From NCBI GenBank assembly GCA_963675755.2, contig CAXXMD010000003.1, positions 256,001 to 320,000 of the forward strand: DNA of 64,000 bases, in the 5' to 3' direction. The number at the start of each line of letters is the position of its first letter. The first letter of the stretch is position 1. The notes under the pieces are model-generated. The model did not search any database and was not told the DNA's origin. It worked only from the letters and a program-made list of their open reading frames with translations. Made by a program: the position numbers and the translations under genes. The DNA comes from a bacterium (GTDB lineage: Bacteria > Zhuqueibacterota > Zhuqueibacteria > Residuimicrobiales > Krinioviventaceae). Positions 19,477 to 29,188 of this stretch are shown here, in pieces.

Positions 19477-22400
19477 ATGGATATTTATTTCGAACGGCTG
19501 AAAAACAGGGCCGGTGGTCTGGGTAACCATTACAAAAAGTATATTGTAACCATAGACAAATATCTCGATAAAATGATGGGGCGTCTTGAAATGGCCGGCG
19601 CTTTTGAAAGAGTGCATCTATGGGGAACCGCCCACGACTATGCAGAAGAAATGAATATCATTGCAGAACTGGGTAAGGATGAGCAGGAAAAGCTGGACGA
19701 TCTGGGATGTTATTTTGCTATTCAATTCCTGCAAATGAACATCAATGCGCTCGATGCATTGGTTCTGGAACTCACCCGTAACGAAAACAAACTCCAGGTC
19801 TACAAAACTTTTATGCTTCGCACCGGTCATGATTTCAGATTTCTTACCGCCGCCTATATGGAAAACCTGCTAAAGCTTTACATGCCTCCCGATATTAATC
19901 CGGAATTTGTTTTTCTGGGTGTGGGCACACGTTCCGATCAGGATGATATTGATATTGGTGTTGTAGACAAGGGAGACAAACACCGCGATGTTTTAAACAG
20001 ATGCATCGGTAAAATGAATGCAGAAATGTTTAAAAAAGCCATCAGTTTGCATTTTCACATCTCTGAACATGTTGGTAATGAAACTTCATATTCTGCTTCT
20101 ATTGCAGAATACAGCGAACTGCTCGACAATGAAATTCATGATTTTGTTATCATAACCGAGATGCTTGGCGCCGCCAGAATACTTGGCAGTCGTAAACTCT
20201 TTTTTGATTTCAGGCAAAATATAACTTCCCGTTATTATTATTACAATTCGGAAAGCAAAGGGCTTAAATTTCATGAAGGTTATCTGAGGGGAATCGTTGG
20301 TGAGACACGATCTTTTATGTTTAGAGAGCTGTCAAAAAAAATGATCAATCCCAAAACCGATGGCCTCAGAATGATCAAGGGATTGCTTTACGCTGCAAAA
20401 ACTATATATTATCTCCGCCAGGTAAATTCCTGGGCAATTCTGGACGAGTTATCACACAAAGATAAACGCAGAAGTCATTTATTTGCAAACCTGGAATGGC
20501 CACTCACATTTTTAGAGGTATTTCGCTACCTGTACCAGCTATTAATAGCGCAGGAAGAAGAAATATATCTCAACGACAGGGGCACAAAACACAATCTCGA
20601 TCAGATTGCAGAATTAATGGGTTACAAATCCATAGGTGCGGCATCCGCAACCGACTTTCTATTAACTGATTATTATAAAAATATAATGCAGGCTAAAAGC
20701 ACTGTAAAAAGCCTGGTGCCTTTTGCGGTTCAACACCTGGAATCTATTACTATCTTTGGTAAAGTGCTGCGCCATAAAAAAGTAACAGAAGAAGGTGAAA
20801 AACGTATTGGTAATCTTGCTGAACGTTTTTTAAAAGAAACCCTGTTTTTCAGAGGAACACGGTTCTGGGATGACATAATCACCGTACTGGACAGTAAAAA
20901 TGGCCGGGTATTGAAACGATTGGCAAATGATATAAACGCGCTTCCGGAAGATAAAAAAGAAAAAATCCTGGAAAAATTTAACCACTGGGGTTGGAATTCG
21001 TTTATCTCTCTATTTTCCTTGATTACGTTGTTTTACAAATACAGATATGAAATACCTGATCCTACGCTATATTCTCAATTAAATAAAATATTCTTTAAAC
21101 GTCTGATTGTTGCGGAAGAAATTGCGCAGAGAATCAGTACTGTATTTACACACTTTCCCCAGCTATTACATGAATATGTTTCACTGCTCAGTGAAGATCA
21201 GCAACGTAAATTATATCTTTCATTAGATTATAATGTTTGGGACAAAGAAGTAGAACCCGCCAGAGACAGACTGCGATACTTGCTGAAACTCTATTTTAGC
21301 ACCGGCAAGTATTACAAATTACGCATGAAATCTGTTTTGGCAAAGCATTCAGCGTACCTGAACTATCTTGACAGCTTTGAACAACTCTCACTTATTGGTA
21401 AAGGCACACTGGCAGAAGCAGAACGGACCAAACAAACCCGACAAAAATTTGCTCATTTAAAGTCTTATCACGAGTTTGAATTCTTTCGCGTTGGCATGGT
21501 TGCGCTTCACGAGACATCTTCCGTTGGCATTTCTGTGCAATACACAGATTTTTCAGACAATTATCTTCGTCTGCTGTTCGATACTTGTAAAAAGGAAGAA
21601 GACGAAAACCGTGGTTACAAAATCAAAACCCGCGACTTGCTGGGCGTTTTTGTAACTGGCGGACAGGGACAAATGCAGGCGTTTGATGATGATTATGATC
21701 TCATTATATTGCTCAACTCGGATGACAAGAATATACAAAATTATTGCTTCCATATCATAAAGAGAATGCACAAAGAGATCTTGAAATGCGGAATCCTTCC
21801 GCATTACCGCCTTGCGGATCTGATTGGAAGTTATATCTGCACGTTTTCACAACTGCGTTCAGTCCTTATGGATAAAACCTTTGACAGATTTATAGATAAA
21901 GCGCAACTCATTGGTGCCCGTATGATTATAGGCAGCAGTATCTTGCAAAAGGAATTTCAAGACAAACTATTAACTCCCTTTGTCTACAAAGACAAAGAAA
22001 ACTTTAGCTTTGAACTTGTAAATGAGATTGAATCCAGACATAAATATGAATTTGAAAACAAACCCAGCGAAATCAATATCAAAGAAACCAAAGGTGGTAT
22101 TAGAGATATTGAATTATTATTGTGTTTGTTTAGAGCAATATATCAGATACAGGAACCTTCAAATTTTAAACTGTTTATTTTACTACAGTCTATTTTACCC
22201 AATTACGCCCACGAGTTTAAAAAACTGTTCAGATCCTATGACTTTTTGCGCCGGATGCGCATTCTATACAGATTGAGTGTATCTGCGGAAGATAATATAG
22301 AGCAGGAACATTTGGCACAAGTCTTGGAGAATATGTCTCACCAGAATAAAAAGCTAACCCCTGAATTGTTGTTCAAAAGAATACAGAGCACAACCCGCTC

Positions 22401-22503
22401 TGTAAACCGAACAAACCAAAATATAATTCACAAAGTTATTCTGCCCCAAATTGCAGGGCAGAATAACAAAAATCTATCAATTAAAAAGAATAAGAAGCGG
22501 TAA
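19477..22503 (+). CDS. Divergent GlnE/GlnD-like protein with two nucleotidyltransferase modules
   Basis: GVGTRSDQDDIDIGVV plus NPKTDGLRMIK; VTGGQGQMQAFDDDYDLIIL plus NIKETKGGIRDIE and YDFLRR; about 1000 aa; GGAG RBS. Confidence 0.65.
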   Translation: MDIYFERLKNRAGGLGNHYKKYIVTIDKYLDKMMGRLEMAGAFERVHLWGTAHDYAEEMNIIAELGKDEQEKLDDLGCYFAIQFLQMNINALDALVLELTRNENKLQVYKTFMLRTGHDFRFLTAAYMENLLKLYMPPDINPEFVFLGVGTRSDQDDIDIGVVDKGDKHRDVLNRCIGKMNAEMFKKAISLHFHISEHVGNETSYSASIAEYSELLDNEIHDFVIITEMLGAARILGSRKLFFDFRQNITSRYYYYNSESKGLKFHEGYLRGIVGETRSFMFRELSKKMINPKTDGLRMIKGLLYAAKTIYYLRQVNSWAILDELSHKDKRRSHLFANLEWPLTFLEVFRYLYQLLIAQEEEIYLNDRGTKHNLDQIAELMGYKSIGAASATDFLLTDYYKNIMQAKSTVKSLVPFAVQHLESITIFGKVLRHKKVTEEGEKRIGNLAERFLKETLFFRGTRFWDDIITVLDSKNGRVLKRLANDINALPEDKKEKILEKFNHWGWNSFISLFSLITLFYKYRYEIPDPTLYSQLNKIFFKRLIVAEEIAQRISTVFTHFPQLLHEYVSLLSEDQQRKLYLSLDYNVWDKEVEPARDRLRYLLKLYFSTGKYYKLRMKSVLAKHSAYLNYLDSFEQLSLIGKGTLAEAERTKQTRQKFAHLKSYHEFEFFRVGMVALHETSSVGISVQYTDFSDNYLRLLFDTCKKEEDENRGYKIKTRDLLGVFVTGGQGQMQAFDDDYDLIILLNSDDKNIQNYCFHIIKRMHKEILKCGILPHYRLADLIGSYICTFSQLRSVLMDKTFDRFIDKAQLIGARMIIGSSILQKEFQDKLLTPFVYKDKENFSFELVNEIESRHKYEFENKPSEINIKETKGGIRDIELLLCLFRAIYQIQEPSNFKLFILLQSILPNYAHEFKKLFRSYDFLRRMRILYRLSVSAEDNIEQEHLAQVLENMSHQNKKLTPELLFKRIQSTTRSVNRTNQNIIHKVILPQIAGQNNKNLSIKKNKKR

Positions 22504-23263
22504 CAATTAAACCTTGAACGCGGATATTTTCCTGGTATTCTTCGCCATCCATATCTTCAAAGGTTTCAGTAAACAAGTCTGCACGGTAACCGGCGTTAAT
22601 GCCAAAGCCTGATGGAAAACGATAACCAACACCCAGGTTAATGGCTGCCAATGCCGCGCTGATATCTTCATCTTCTTCGCTTTCAGAGTAATTATCACTG
22701 GTATAAGTGTATTCCGGTGTCATTGAACCACCCATGCCTGCAAGAGAACCAAACAGGTATAATCCTTCAGAACCCAAAGGAATAACACCGGAAAGGCCTA
22801 AACCATACAGCATACCGCTTTCATCATACTCGATAGAGGTTGAACCACCATAGTAATCTTCAAATGAATAGTCCCAACCCAAGTTCAGATATTTTGCGCC
22901 AACAAAAATATTAATGTAACGATGAATTCTATAACCGAGAGTAAAATTCATGTCATTACGGCTCATATCAAAAGATTCACCCTGGCCTAATTCTTCACCA
23001 AGCACTTGCATATCATCAATGGGAAAAGTTCCCCACAACAGAGAGGCTCCAAAATTAACCTTGCCATGATTAATGCTGATATATGGACCAAAATTATTTC
23101 CATTGCCAATATCTGCAATTTTTTCACCGTCTTCGTCTTCAGAACTATAAGCTGCATTCCACCAGCTTCCGCCAAGTGTTACAATGGTGTTTTGTGCATA
23201 AATAGCACTAGAGAAAATAAAACATAGTACCAGAATGAATAATGTCAGCATGTTGCGTTTCAT
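22481..23263 (-). CDS. Outer-membrane beta-barrel protein
   Basis: Signal peptide, amphipathic strands (NLGVGYRF), C-terminal ASYSF; GGAGG RBS. Confidence 0.75.
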   Translation of the reverse strand: MKRNMLTLFILVLCFIFSSAIYAQNTIVTLGGSWWNAAYSSEDEDGEKIADIGNGNNFGPYISINHGKVNFGASLLWGTFPIDDMQVLGEELGQGESFDMSRNDMNFTLGYRIHRYINIFVGAKYLNLGWDYSFEDYYGGSTSIEYDESGMLYGLGLSGVIPLGSEGLYLFGSLAGMGGSMTPEYTYTSDNYSESEEDEDISAALAAINLGVGYRFPSGFGINAGYRADLFTETFEDMDGEEYQENIRVQGLIVTASYSF

Positions 23264-23278
23264 GATGCCCTCCATCAA

Positions 23279-24136
23279 TTAAAATACGGGTGGTAAATCC
23301 ACCGGTTTGTCTTTTTTTGATTCTTCTTTACTTTTTGGACGTGGTTTTTGTTGCTCCGGTTGTTCCTGAGGTTTTTCTTTTGGTGGTGCACTTATAACCG
23401 AAGTAGTTAAACGTACATTATCACCCAGGTGAATCATTGTTTTAACCCGAACAATCTGGGCTTCGCTATATTCTTTTTTTACATTTACAATTTTAATAAA
23501 TCCGATTTTATCTTCAGCACGGCCAACCGCTGAGCCACTAAGATCGGTAATAACATCACCAATCCGAACAACTTCAAGTACTTGCCCCACTTTAATGCCA
23601 TGAATGCTGCCAAGGTCAACCAAAATATTACTTTCAGTAACTTTGATAATTTTACCTTCAACAATCACTTTTTGAGAAATAACACTAACCAACTCTTTAA
23701 TTGCGGTAGGCAGGCCATCTTCCCCATTGGTAGTTTTGGTGTTCTCTGCAAGCTCAAGTACACCTGTTTCCACATCAACCAGACGTGTGTTGATAATGTA
23801 TGTACTCCCTAAACGGCTTACACTCCCAATCATGATTTTTTCTACATTCAAGAGTTTACCAATTTCGGCAGCTTTGTCCATATCCGTCACACCCGTCATT
23901 TGAAGCTGCTGTTCCTCAAGCACACGGGTCATTGCCTGACGTTCAATTACCTCAAACCGGTTGGTGTTAAACAACTCTGTTCCCATAATGTCAGCAACAG
24001 CCTCTGCTGTTTCCGGGTTTACATTTTTGGCTTCAAAATCCAACACTGCTATTCGTGTTTTATTTTGGGCCATTACCGGCAAGCTGATCAAACAAATCAG
24101 TATAGTACACAGTAAATCTCGATGTAATTTTTTCAT
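23279..24136 (-). CDS. CsgG/HfaB (TolB-N-like) domain protein with FlgT-C-like domain
   Basis: RIAVLDF, RFEVIER, AEIGKLLNV, RLVDVETG; VDLGSIHGIKVGQ; Pro/Lys tail. Confidence 0.75.
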   Translation of the reverse strand: MKKLHRDLLCTILICLISLPVMAQNKTRIAVLDFEAKNVNPETAEAVADIMGTELFNTNRFEVIERQAMTRVLEEQQLQMTGVTDMDKAAEIGKLLNVEKIMIGSVSRLGSTYIINTRLVDVETGVLELAENTKTTNGEDGLPTAIKELVSVISQKVIVEGKIIKVTESNILVDLGSIHGIKVGQVLEVVRIGDVITDLSGSAVGRAEDKIGFIKIVNVKKEYSEAQIVRVKTMIHLGDNVRLTTSVISAPPKEKPQEQPEQQKPRPKSKEESKKDKPVDLPPVF

Positions 24137-24319
24137 TTTTTTCTCTTCTGGTTACAAACAGATTTCTACCTGTGTGAAATATAAACAGACAACCCAATAT
24201 ATACAAGAGATAATTGAATTGTTGTGACACAGAACAAATTTTATCATTAAAAAAAAATTTCAATCATTCTAATAACAGTAGCCCCCTACTATTCATTCCC
24301 TTATAGATGCCAAATACTA

Positions 24320-24910
24320 TTAATAATTCTCGTTTTCAACAAACTCTGCCAGCCTGTCTCGCAATGCAAGACGTGCCCGATGCAGATTTGATTTAACGGC
24401 AGCAAGGCTCATTTCTGTCATTTCAGATATTTCTTTCAAGGAAAAGCCCTCAATATCTTTGAGGACAAATACACTGCGGAACTTGGGGGGAAGGTCTTCT
24501 ATCGCCTCTTCCATCTCTTTTTTCAATTCATTATTCATCACCGAACGCAAAGGGTTCACTCCTAAGGAATCGTTGAACACTTTGAGCGTTTCAGGCTTAA
24601 TATGGGTTTCCGAATCGTCCAGATTATCCATCTGCTTTTTCTTTCCCCGCAGGCGCATAAGCGCAAAGTTTGTAGCTATTCGGTAAATCCAGGTTGAAAG
24701 AGAGGATTGTCCTTTAAAATCAGGAATGGCTTGAAATACTTTTAAAAAAGTTTCCTGTAATACACATTCAGCCTCCTGCTCATTAGCAAGCAGCTTTAGT
24801 GCAGTATTAAACACCAAGCCTTCATTCTCGGCCACAATTTGAGAAAGGGCTTGTCTGTCTCCCTGCTTTGCTTTTTCTACAAGAATATTTTCTGATTCAA
24901 AATTGGACAT
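24320..24910 (-). CDS. ECF RNA polymerase sigma factor
   Basis: LQETFLK, FKGQSSLSTWIYRIATN, SLKEISE...VKSNLHRAR. Confidence 0.93.
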   Translation of the reverse strand: MSNFESENILVEKAKQGDRQALSQIVAENEGLVFNTALKLLANEQEAECVLQETFLKVFQAIPDFKGQSSLSTWIYRIATNFALMRLRGKKKQMDNLDDSETHIKPETLKVFNDSLGVNPLRSVMNNELKKEMEEAIEDLPPKFRSVFVLKDIEGFSLKEISEMTEMSLAAVKSNLHRARLALRDRLAEFVENENY

Positions 24911-25008
24911 CTTGACCTGTCATTTAATTCACTCAAGATGTCCAAAATAGGTAAATTTTTTCTATAATTCAAGTATTTTTCAAAACACAAATGGATAAAA
25001 GCAGATTT

Positions 25009-25446
25009 TTAGTTCGTGTTGCTTTCGCTTGGAAAAATTTCATATTCAATATCAATATCAACTGCTTTTTTCAACATGGCAGAAGCAGAACAATATGTAC
25101 CCTCTGACAATTCTATTGCTCGTTTTACATCGGCTTCTTTAATATCGTTTCCCCAAAATTTAAAAATCAATTTCACGCTGGTAAATACTTTGGGATGCTC
25201 ATCCGCACGTTCTGCTTCTATATGGCACTCGTATTTCTCTACATTATTTCGTTTTTTCTTTAATATAGAGATTACATCCATTGATGTACAACCACCCAAG
25301 CCCATCAAAAATAACTCGATAGGCTTTGTACCAGCATCCGAGCCACCCATCATTTTGGGACCATCCATCATTACCCAGTGCCCGGAATCGGCTTTACCTG
25401 CCAGTGTTAATCCTTCTACTTGTTTAATTTCTATCTTCATTATCAA
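25009..25446 (-). CDS. OsmC/YhfA family protein
   Basis: PIELFLMGLGGCTSMDV, HPKVFT, YCSAS. Confidence 0.9.
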   Translation of the reverse strand: MIMKIEIKQVEGLTLAGKADSGHWVMMDGPKMMGGSDAGTKPIELFLMGLGGCTSMDVISILKKKRNNVEKYECHIEAERADEHPKVFTSVKLIFKFWGNDIKEADVKRAIELSEGTYCSASAMLKKAVDIDIEYEIFPSESNTN

Positions 25447-25464
25447 TTTCCATTAATTTTATTT

Positions 25465-26019
25465 TTACTTTTTCAACAAGGCCAAAATATCAGACTCGAA
25501 CACGCTTTTATCATTGTAACCAATATATTTTTTATAAACCTGACCTTTTTGATCGATAACAAAAGTTGTAGGAATACTTCGTATAGGACCAAAAGTATTC
25601 ATAATTTGATCATTGGCCATAGCATTTTTATAAGGAATCTGGTATTCATTAATGAATTGTTGTACTGCAGCCGCACCATTTCGGCCAAAAGCAACGCCCA
25701 ATATCTCTAAACCTTTGCCATTATACTCGTTGTATAGTTCAATAAAATGAGGAATTTCTTTTCTACAAGGCGGACACCAGGTATCCCAGAAATCCAAAAT
25801 CAATACTTTGCCTTTAAAATCTGTCAACTGATAAGATTCGCCGGAAAGTGATGAAACGGTAAAATTGCTTACTCCGGCCTTGCTGCTTGTTTGTGCCGTA
25901 TTGCTCGTATTTGCTTTTGCCTGGTCCGGATGACTTTCATTCTTGCTGCATGAGGAAAGACCAATTACAAACACAGCTGCCAACATAACTACCAGTATAT
26001 TTCTCACTGTTTTTTTCAT
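25465..26019 (-). CDS. TlpA-family thiol:disulfide oxidoreductase lipoprotein
   Basis: LSSC lipobox, DFWDTWCPPCRKEIP, SIPTTFVID. Confidence 0.92.
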   Translation of the reverse strand: MKKTVRNILVVMLAAVFVIGLSSCSKNESHPDQAKANTSNTAQTSSKAGVSNFTVSSLSGESYQLTDFKGKVLILDFWDTWCPPCRKEIPHFIELYNEYNGKGLEILGVAFGRNGAAAVQQFINEYQIPYKNAMANDQIMNTFGPIRSIPTTFVIDQKGQVYKKYIGYNDKSVFESDILALLKK

Positions 26020-26023
26020 TTCC

Positions 26024-26251
26024 CTAATTCTCCAGTTTTTTATTCATACCTGATTTATCAAAGGTTTGCGTTATTATTTCATCAACATAATTTCTTAGAC
26101 GATTTATAGTCTCGTTATCTCTGCATTCAACGCCCAACTCCATACACATACGGTCTTTGAGCATTTCAGCAATGTTGCGGCTTCGACAGGATTGAATGCG
26201 CTCCTGTATATTTCCGCAATATTTTTCAATTTGAATATTTTTAAATTCCAT
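26024..26251 (-). CDS. Small hypothetical protein with four Cys
   Basis: AGGAGG RBS; first gene of the hyp-tlpA-osmC run. Confidence 0.65.
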   Translation of the reverse strand: MEFKNIQIEKYCGNIQERIQSCRSRNIAEMLKDRMCMELGVECRDNETINRLRNYVDEIITQTFDKSGMNKKLEN

Positions 26252-26398
26252 TTTTCTAACCTCCTGTACATTTCATTAGATGAGGCAGAAAAATAAAAGA
26301 TTCAACAAAGGATAGTTTATAATAACACTTTTCATGAAAAATCATAGCTTTTGTTTAAAAAAATCTGTAATTTAGCACAAACATGTAAATTTTATTAA

Positions 26399-27604
26399 AT
26401 GAAAGCAAGTCCTATGGTTAAAAATTTCAATATAGCCATGATAATTGCCGGCATATTCCTTTCAAGCATCCCGGCTCTATCGCAAAATGAACTAATAAAA
26501 GATCAGAAAACCCATAAAGAATTATTAAACTATCTTGAATCCATATGCCAATGGGCTATTGATTCAGATCTAAAAAGTGGTGAATTAAAGATCACTGCAA
26601 AGAGAAGAACCTCTGTATTTATTAACAGCAATCTGGCCCGTATTCTGGTAGCCGGTTATGATCTGACCGGAAAACAGGAATATCTGGATGAAGCGATTCG
26701 CTGGTTTGATCTGCTTGTTGAACTACAACAACCCGCAACAACCGCGGATGGTAAAAAAGCTGGTTGGTGGGGCGACTTTTCTCCTGATGGGAACATATAT
26801 TTTGGTGATGCAGGAACAAGCGCTACCGCTTTGGCAGGCGTTATAAGATATGTAGATGGAGAAAGACGTGATAAATACATGAACGCACTTGAGCTTTATG
26901 CCAACTTTGTGCGTTTTGGCTCGGACAAAGATCCTCAAGACAAGGGCCGTAGCGGTTCAAACGGATGGATCATTCAGGATGGAGAAGAAAAAGGTGCCGT
27001 TGGATGTGGATATTATCGTAACGAGCTTTCCGAATATCCTTATACTATCTCCACAAGTGTTACGGGTGCAGCCTTTTTCTCTTGCATGTACGAACTCACC
27101 GGTAATAACGAATATCAGGAAATTGCCGAAAACGCGGTAAAATGGCTATTAAAAAAACGTACTCCTTTTGGTGAATTCCTCTATATCCTGCATCAAAAAC
27201 AACTCGACGAGTGGCCGCTTGACACCATGAGTTATGTAGCCGATGGTGTTGTTGGTGCATATATGCGCTCAAACAATCAGGAATTTAAAACCATGGTTGA
27301 AAAACAAATTGCCCGCAGTGTTCAATGGTTACTGGTAGGTCAGAACAAAGATGGTGTTTGGGGTGAATTGCGTAGCGAAGACCAACAACGCAGCCAGGGC
27401 GTTTTAAACCTTATTGTATGGTATTACCATGATGTTACAAAATATAAAGAAGTTAAAAAAATGGTACAGGCAAATTACAACTTTTTCCTCGATGCTGACA
27501 ACTCGAAGGCTTTTGGAGTTAAAGAACTGCCAATTACCACAGGTTTTGTAGGCCTGGGAATTGCTGAAGTGCTTGAACCTGGCGTAACATATAGATTGAA
27601 ATAA
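26399..27604 (+). CDS. Secreted (alpha/alpha)-toroid protein, glycoside hydrolase-like
   Basis: Signal peptide; repeated helices YDLTGKQEYLDEA and YELTGNNEYQEIA. Confidence 0.55.
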   Translation: MKASPMVKNFNIAMIIAGIFLSSIPALSQNELIKDQKTHKELLNYLESICQWAIDSDLKSGELKITAKRRTSVFINSNLARILVAGYDLTGKQEYLDEAIRWFDLLVELQQPATTADGKKAGWWGDFSPDGNIYFGDAGTSATALAGVIRYVDGERRDKYMNALELYANFVRFGSDKDPQDKGRSGSNGWIIQDGEEKGAVGCGYYRNELSEYPYTISTSVTGAAFFSCMYELTGNNEYQEIAENAVKWLLKKRTPFGEFLYILHQKQLDEWPLDTMSYVADGVVGAYMRSNNQEFKTMVEKQIARSVQWLLVGQNKDGVWGELRSEDQQRSQGVLNLIVWYYHDVTKYKEVKKMVQANYNFFLDADNSKAFGVKELPITTGFVGLGIAEVLEPGVTYRLK

Positions 27605-27608
27605 TTTC

Positions 27609-28574
27609 ATGTATCAAAGAATTATAACACATCAGGATTTTGACGGCGTAGTGAGCGCAGCATTGTGCTCACACGCTCTCAACGTCAATCAGCTTGTATT
27701 TACCCAACCTCGCACGGTCTCTGACGCACGCATCACGATAACCGATTTAGATGTTGTATGCGACCTGCCATATCCATTGGATTGCGGCATGTGGTTTGAT
27801 CATCACGAAGGCAACCTAGAAGATTTGCAATACCGCAAAATTGATCCTGCGGATCTTGAAGGAAAATTTGAGATCAAAGACTCGTGTGCGCGGGTTGTAT
27901 TTGATTATTTCAATGATTTCCCGGACCACTTTACAGCGATGGTTGACGAAGCTGATATTATTGATGCGTTCAACTATAAAAATATTGATGACTGGCGGCA
28001 GGAAACACCCGGCAAGATGATTGACGCTGCAATTAAGTTAATGGAAAATAGTCAGGAACAAAAACGCCAGTTTTTAAGAAGTTTGGTTAACCTGCTCAAA
28101 GAAAGACCTCTTGATAAAGTAGCAGAAACACAGGGCATTATTAAACGCTATAAACAATTTCAAAATGAAGAGCAAGAGATGCTCGAAATTCTTGAAAAAA
28201 ACATCAGTTTTCTATCAAAAGATACAGATAAAAATCTAATCATTATCGATCTTACCCCCTATACAAAAAAGCCTTTCCTATACAAACATCTGGCCTACCT
28301 GCTTGAACCAAAATCTCAGGCGGTCATACAGATCAGCAACATTTACAGAAACCGGGTTAAAACCAATGACATCTCGCTTTCAATGTCCCTAAGTGTGAAC
28401 ATGAACCAAACAGAACATTCAAAAGACATTGGAGAAATAATGCGATTGTTAAATATCGGAAACGGTCACCCTGGTGCGGCCTCGGGTATGCTGTATTGCG
28501 ATTCAAAACAAGAGATGCTAAAAGAAAAAGACGAGATACTTGAACAAATTTACGACATGTTTTTAAATCAATAA
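27609..28574 (+). CDS. DHH-family phosphoesterase
   Basis: THQDFDG, DLPY, WFDHH, SCAR, GNGHPGAA. Confidence 0.8.
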   Translation: MYQRIITHQDFDGVVSAALCSHALNVNQLVFTQPRTVSDARITITDLDVVCDLPYPLDCGMWFDHHEGNLEDLQYRKIDPADLEGKFEIKDSCARVVFDYFNDFPDHFTAMVDEADIIDAFNYKNIDDWRQETPGKMIDAAIKLMENSQEQKRQFLRSLVNLLKERPLDKVAETQGIIKRYKQFQNEEQEMLEILEKNISFLSKDTDKNLIIIDLTPYTKKPFLYKHLAYLLEPKSQAVIQISNIYRNRVKTNDISLSMSLSVNMNQTEHSKDIGEIMRLLNIGNGHPGAASGMLYCDSKQEMLKEKDEILEQIYDMFLNQ

Positions 28575-28578
28575 CCTG

Positions 28579-28965
28579 TCATTTATTGCTTTTTCCGTTT
28601 TTCTTACCATATTTTTCCACATTCTCCTGCACCCTGAATTGCACCATCCTTTTTATCAAATCATAAGGCAATGGTTTGTCCAATGGAAATTTTACCGATC
28701 CTTTGGCGTATTCGTAACTACTCAGCTCGGATTTAAATTTTTCGATACCGGAAGGTGTGGGATAAAAACCAATATGCGTTTTATATGCGGCAAAATGTAC
28801 GAGATTGCCATATAGGGTAAAGGTTGGTATCTGGTAACTGATAGTTTCCTGAGCATCCGGAGCAGCTTTACGAATCAACGTCCTTATTTCTAACAAAATC
28901 TCCTGAACATGTTTCGGAAAACCATCAATATATTCATCAATATTAACAGGTTTATCTTTCATCAT
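28579..28965 (-). CDS. DUF1801/YdhG-like protein
   Basis: IDEYI, ETISYQIPTF, HIGFYP, KGSVKFP. Confidence 0.88.
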   Translation of the reverse strand: MMKDKPVNIDEYIDGFPKHVQEILLEIRTLIRKAAPDAQETISYQIPTFTLYGNLVHFAAYKTHIGFYPTPSGIEKFKSELSSYEYAKGSVKFPLDKPLPYDLIKRMVQFRVQENVEKYGKKNGKSNK

Positions 28966-29041
28966 AAACTGATTCCATTTGTGAAATAATAGGAATTAAC
29001 AAACAGGAAAGATATTTTATTCACTGGGATCCCCTAAAAAC

Positions 29042-29069
29042 AAAAAAGCCTGATGTTTCCATCAGGCTT
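29042..29069 (-). terminator. Intrinsic terminator after tRNA-Asn
   Basis: AAGCCTGATG / CATCAGGCTT stem with a U-tract on the minus strand. Confidence 0.8.
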
Positions 29070-29075
29070 GTCCTG

Positions 29076-29148
29076 CTCCGGTGGTAGGACTCGAACCTAC
29101 AACCTAGTGGTTAACAGCCACCCGCTCTGCCGGTTGAGCTACACCGGA
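29076..29148 (-). tRNA. tRNA-Asn (GTT); 3' CCA not encoded
   Basis: TCCGGTG..CACCGGA acceptor stem, CT-GTT-AA anticodon loop, GGTTCGAGTCC T-arm, followed by G-CAG. Confidence 0.97.
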
Positions 29149-29159
29149 TCAAGTCTATA

Positions 29160-29188
29160 AATATAAGGAAATAATTTTTTAATGTCAA
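29160..29188 (-). promoter_or_regulatory. sigma70 promoter of tRNA-Asn
   Basis: TTGACA-17bp-TATATT; the -35 overlaps the upstream gene's TGA. Confidence 0.65.

Noticed and set aside
28966-29148. tRNA-Asn as an island integration site
   Set aside because: No integrase and no duplicated tRNA 3' end seen; a normal terminator follows directly
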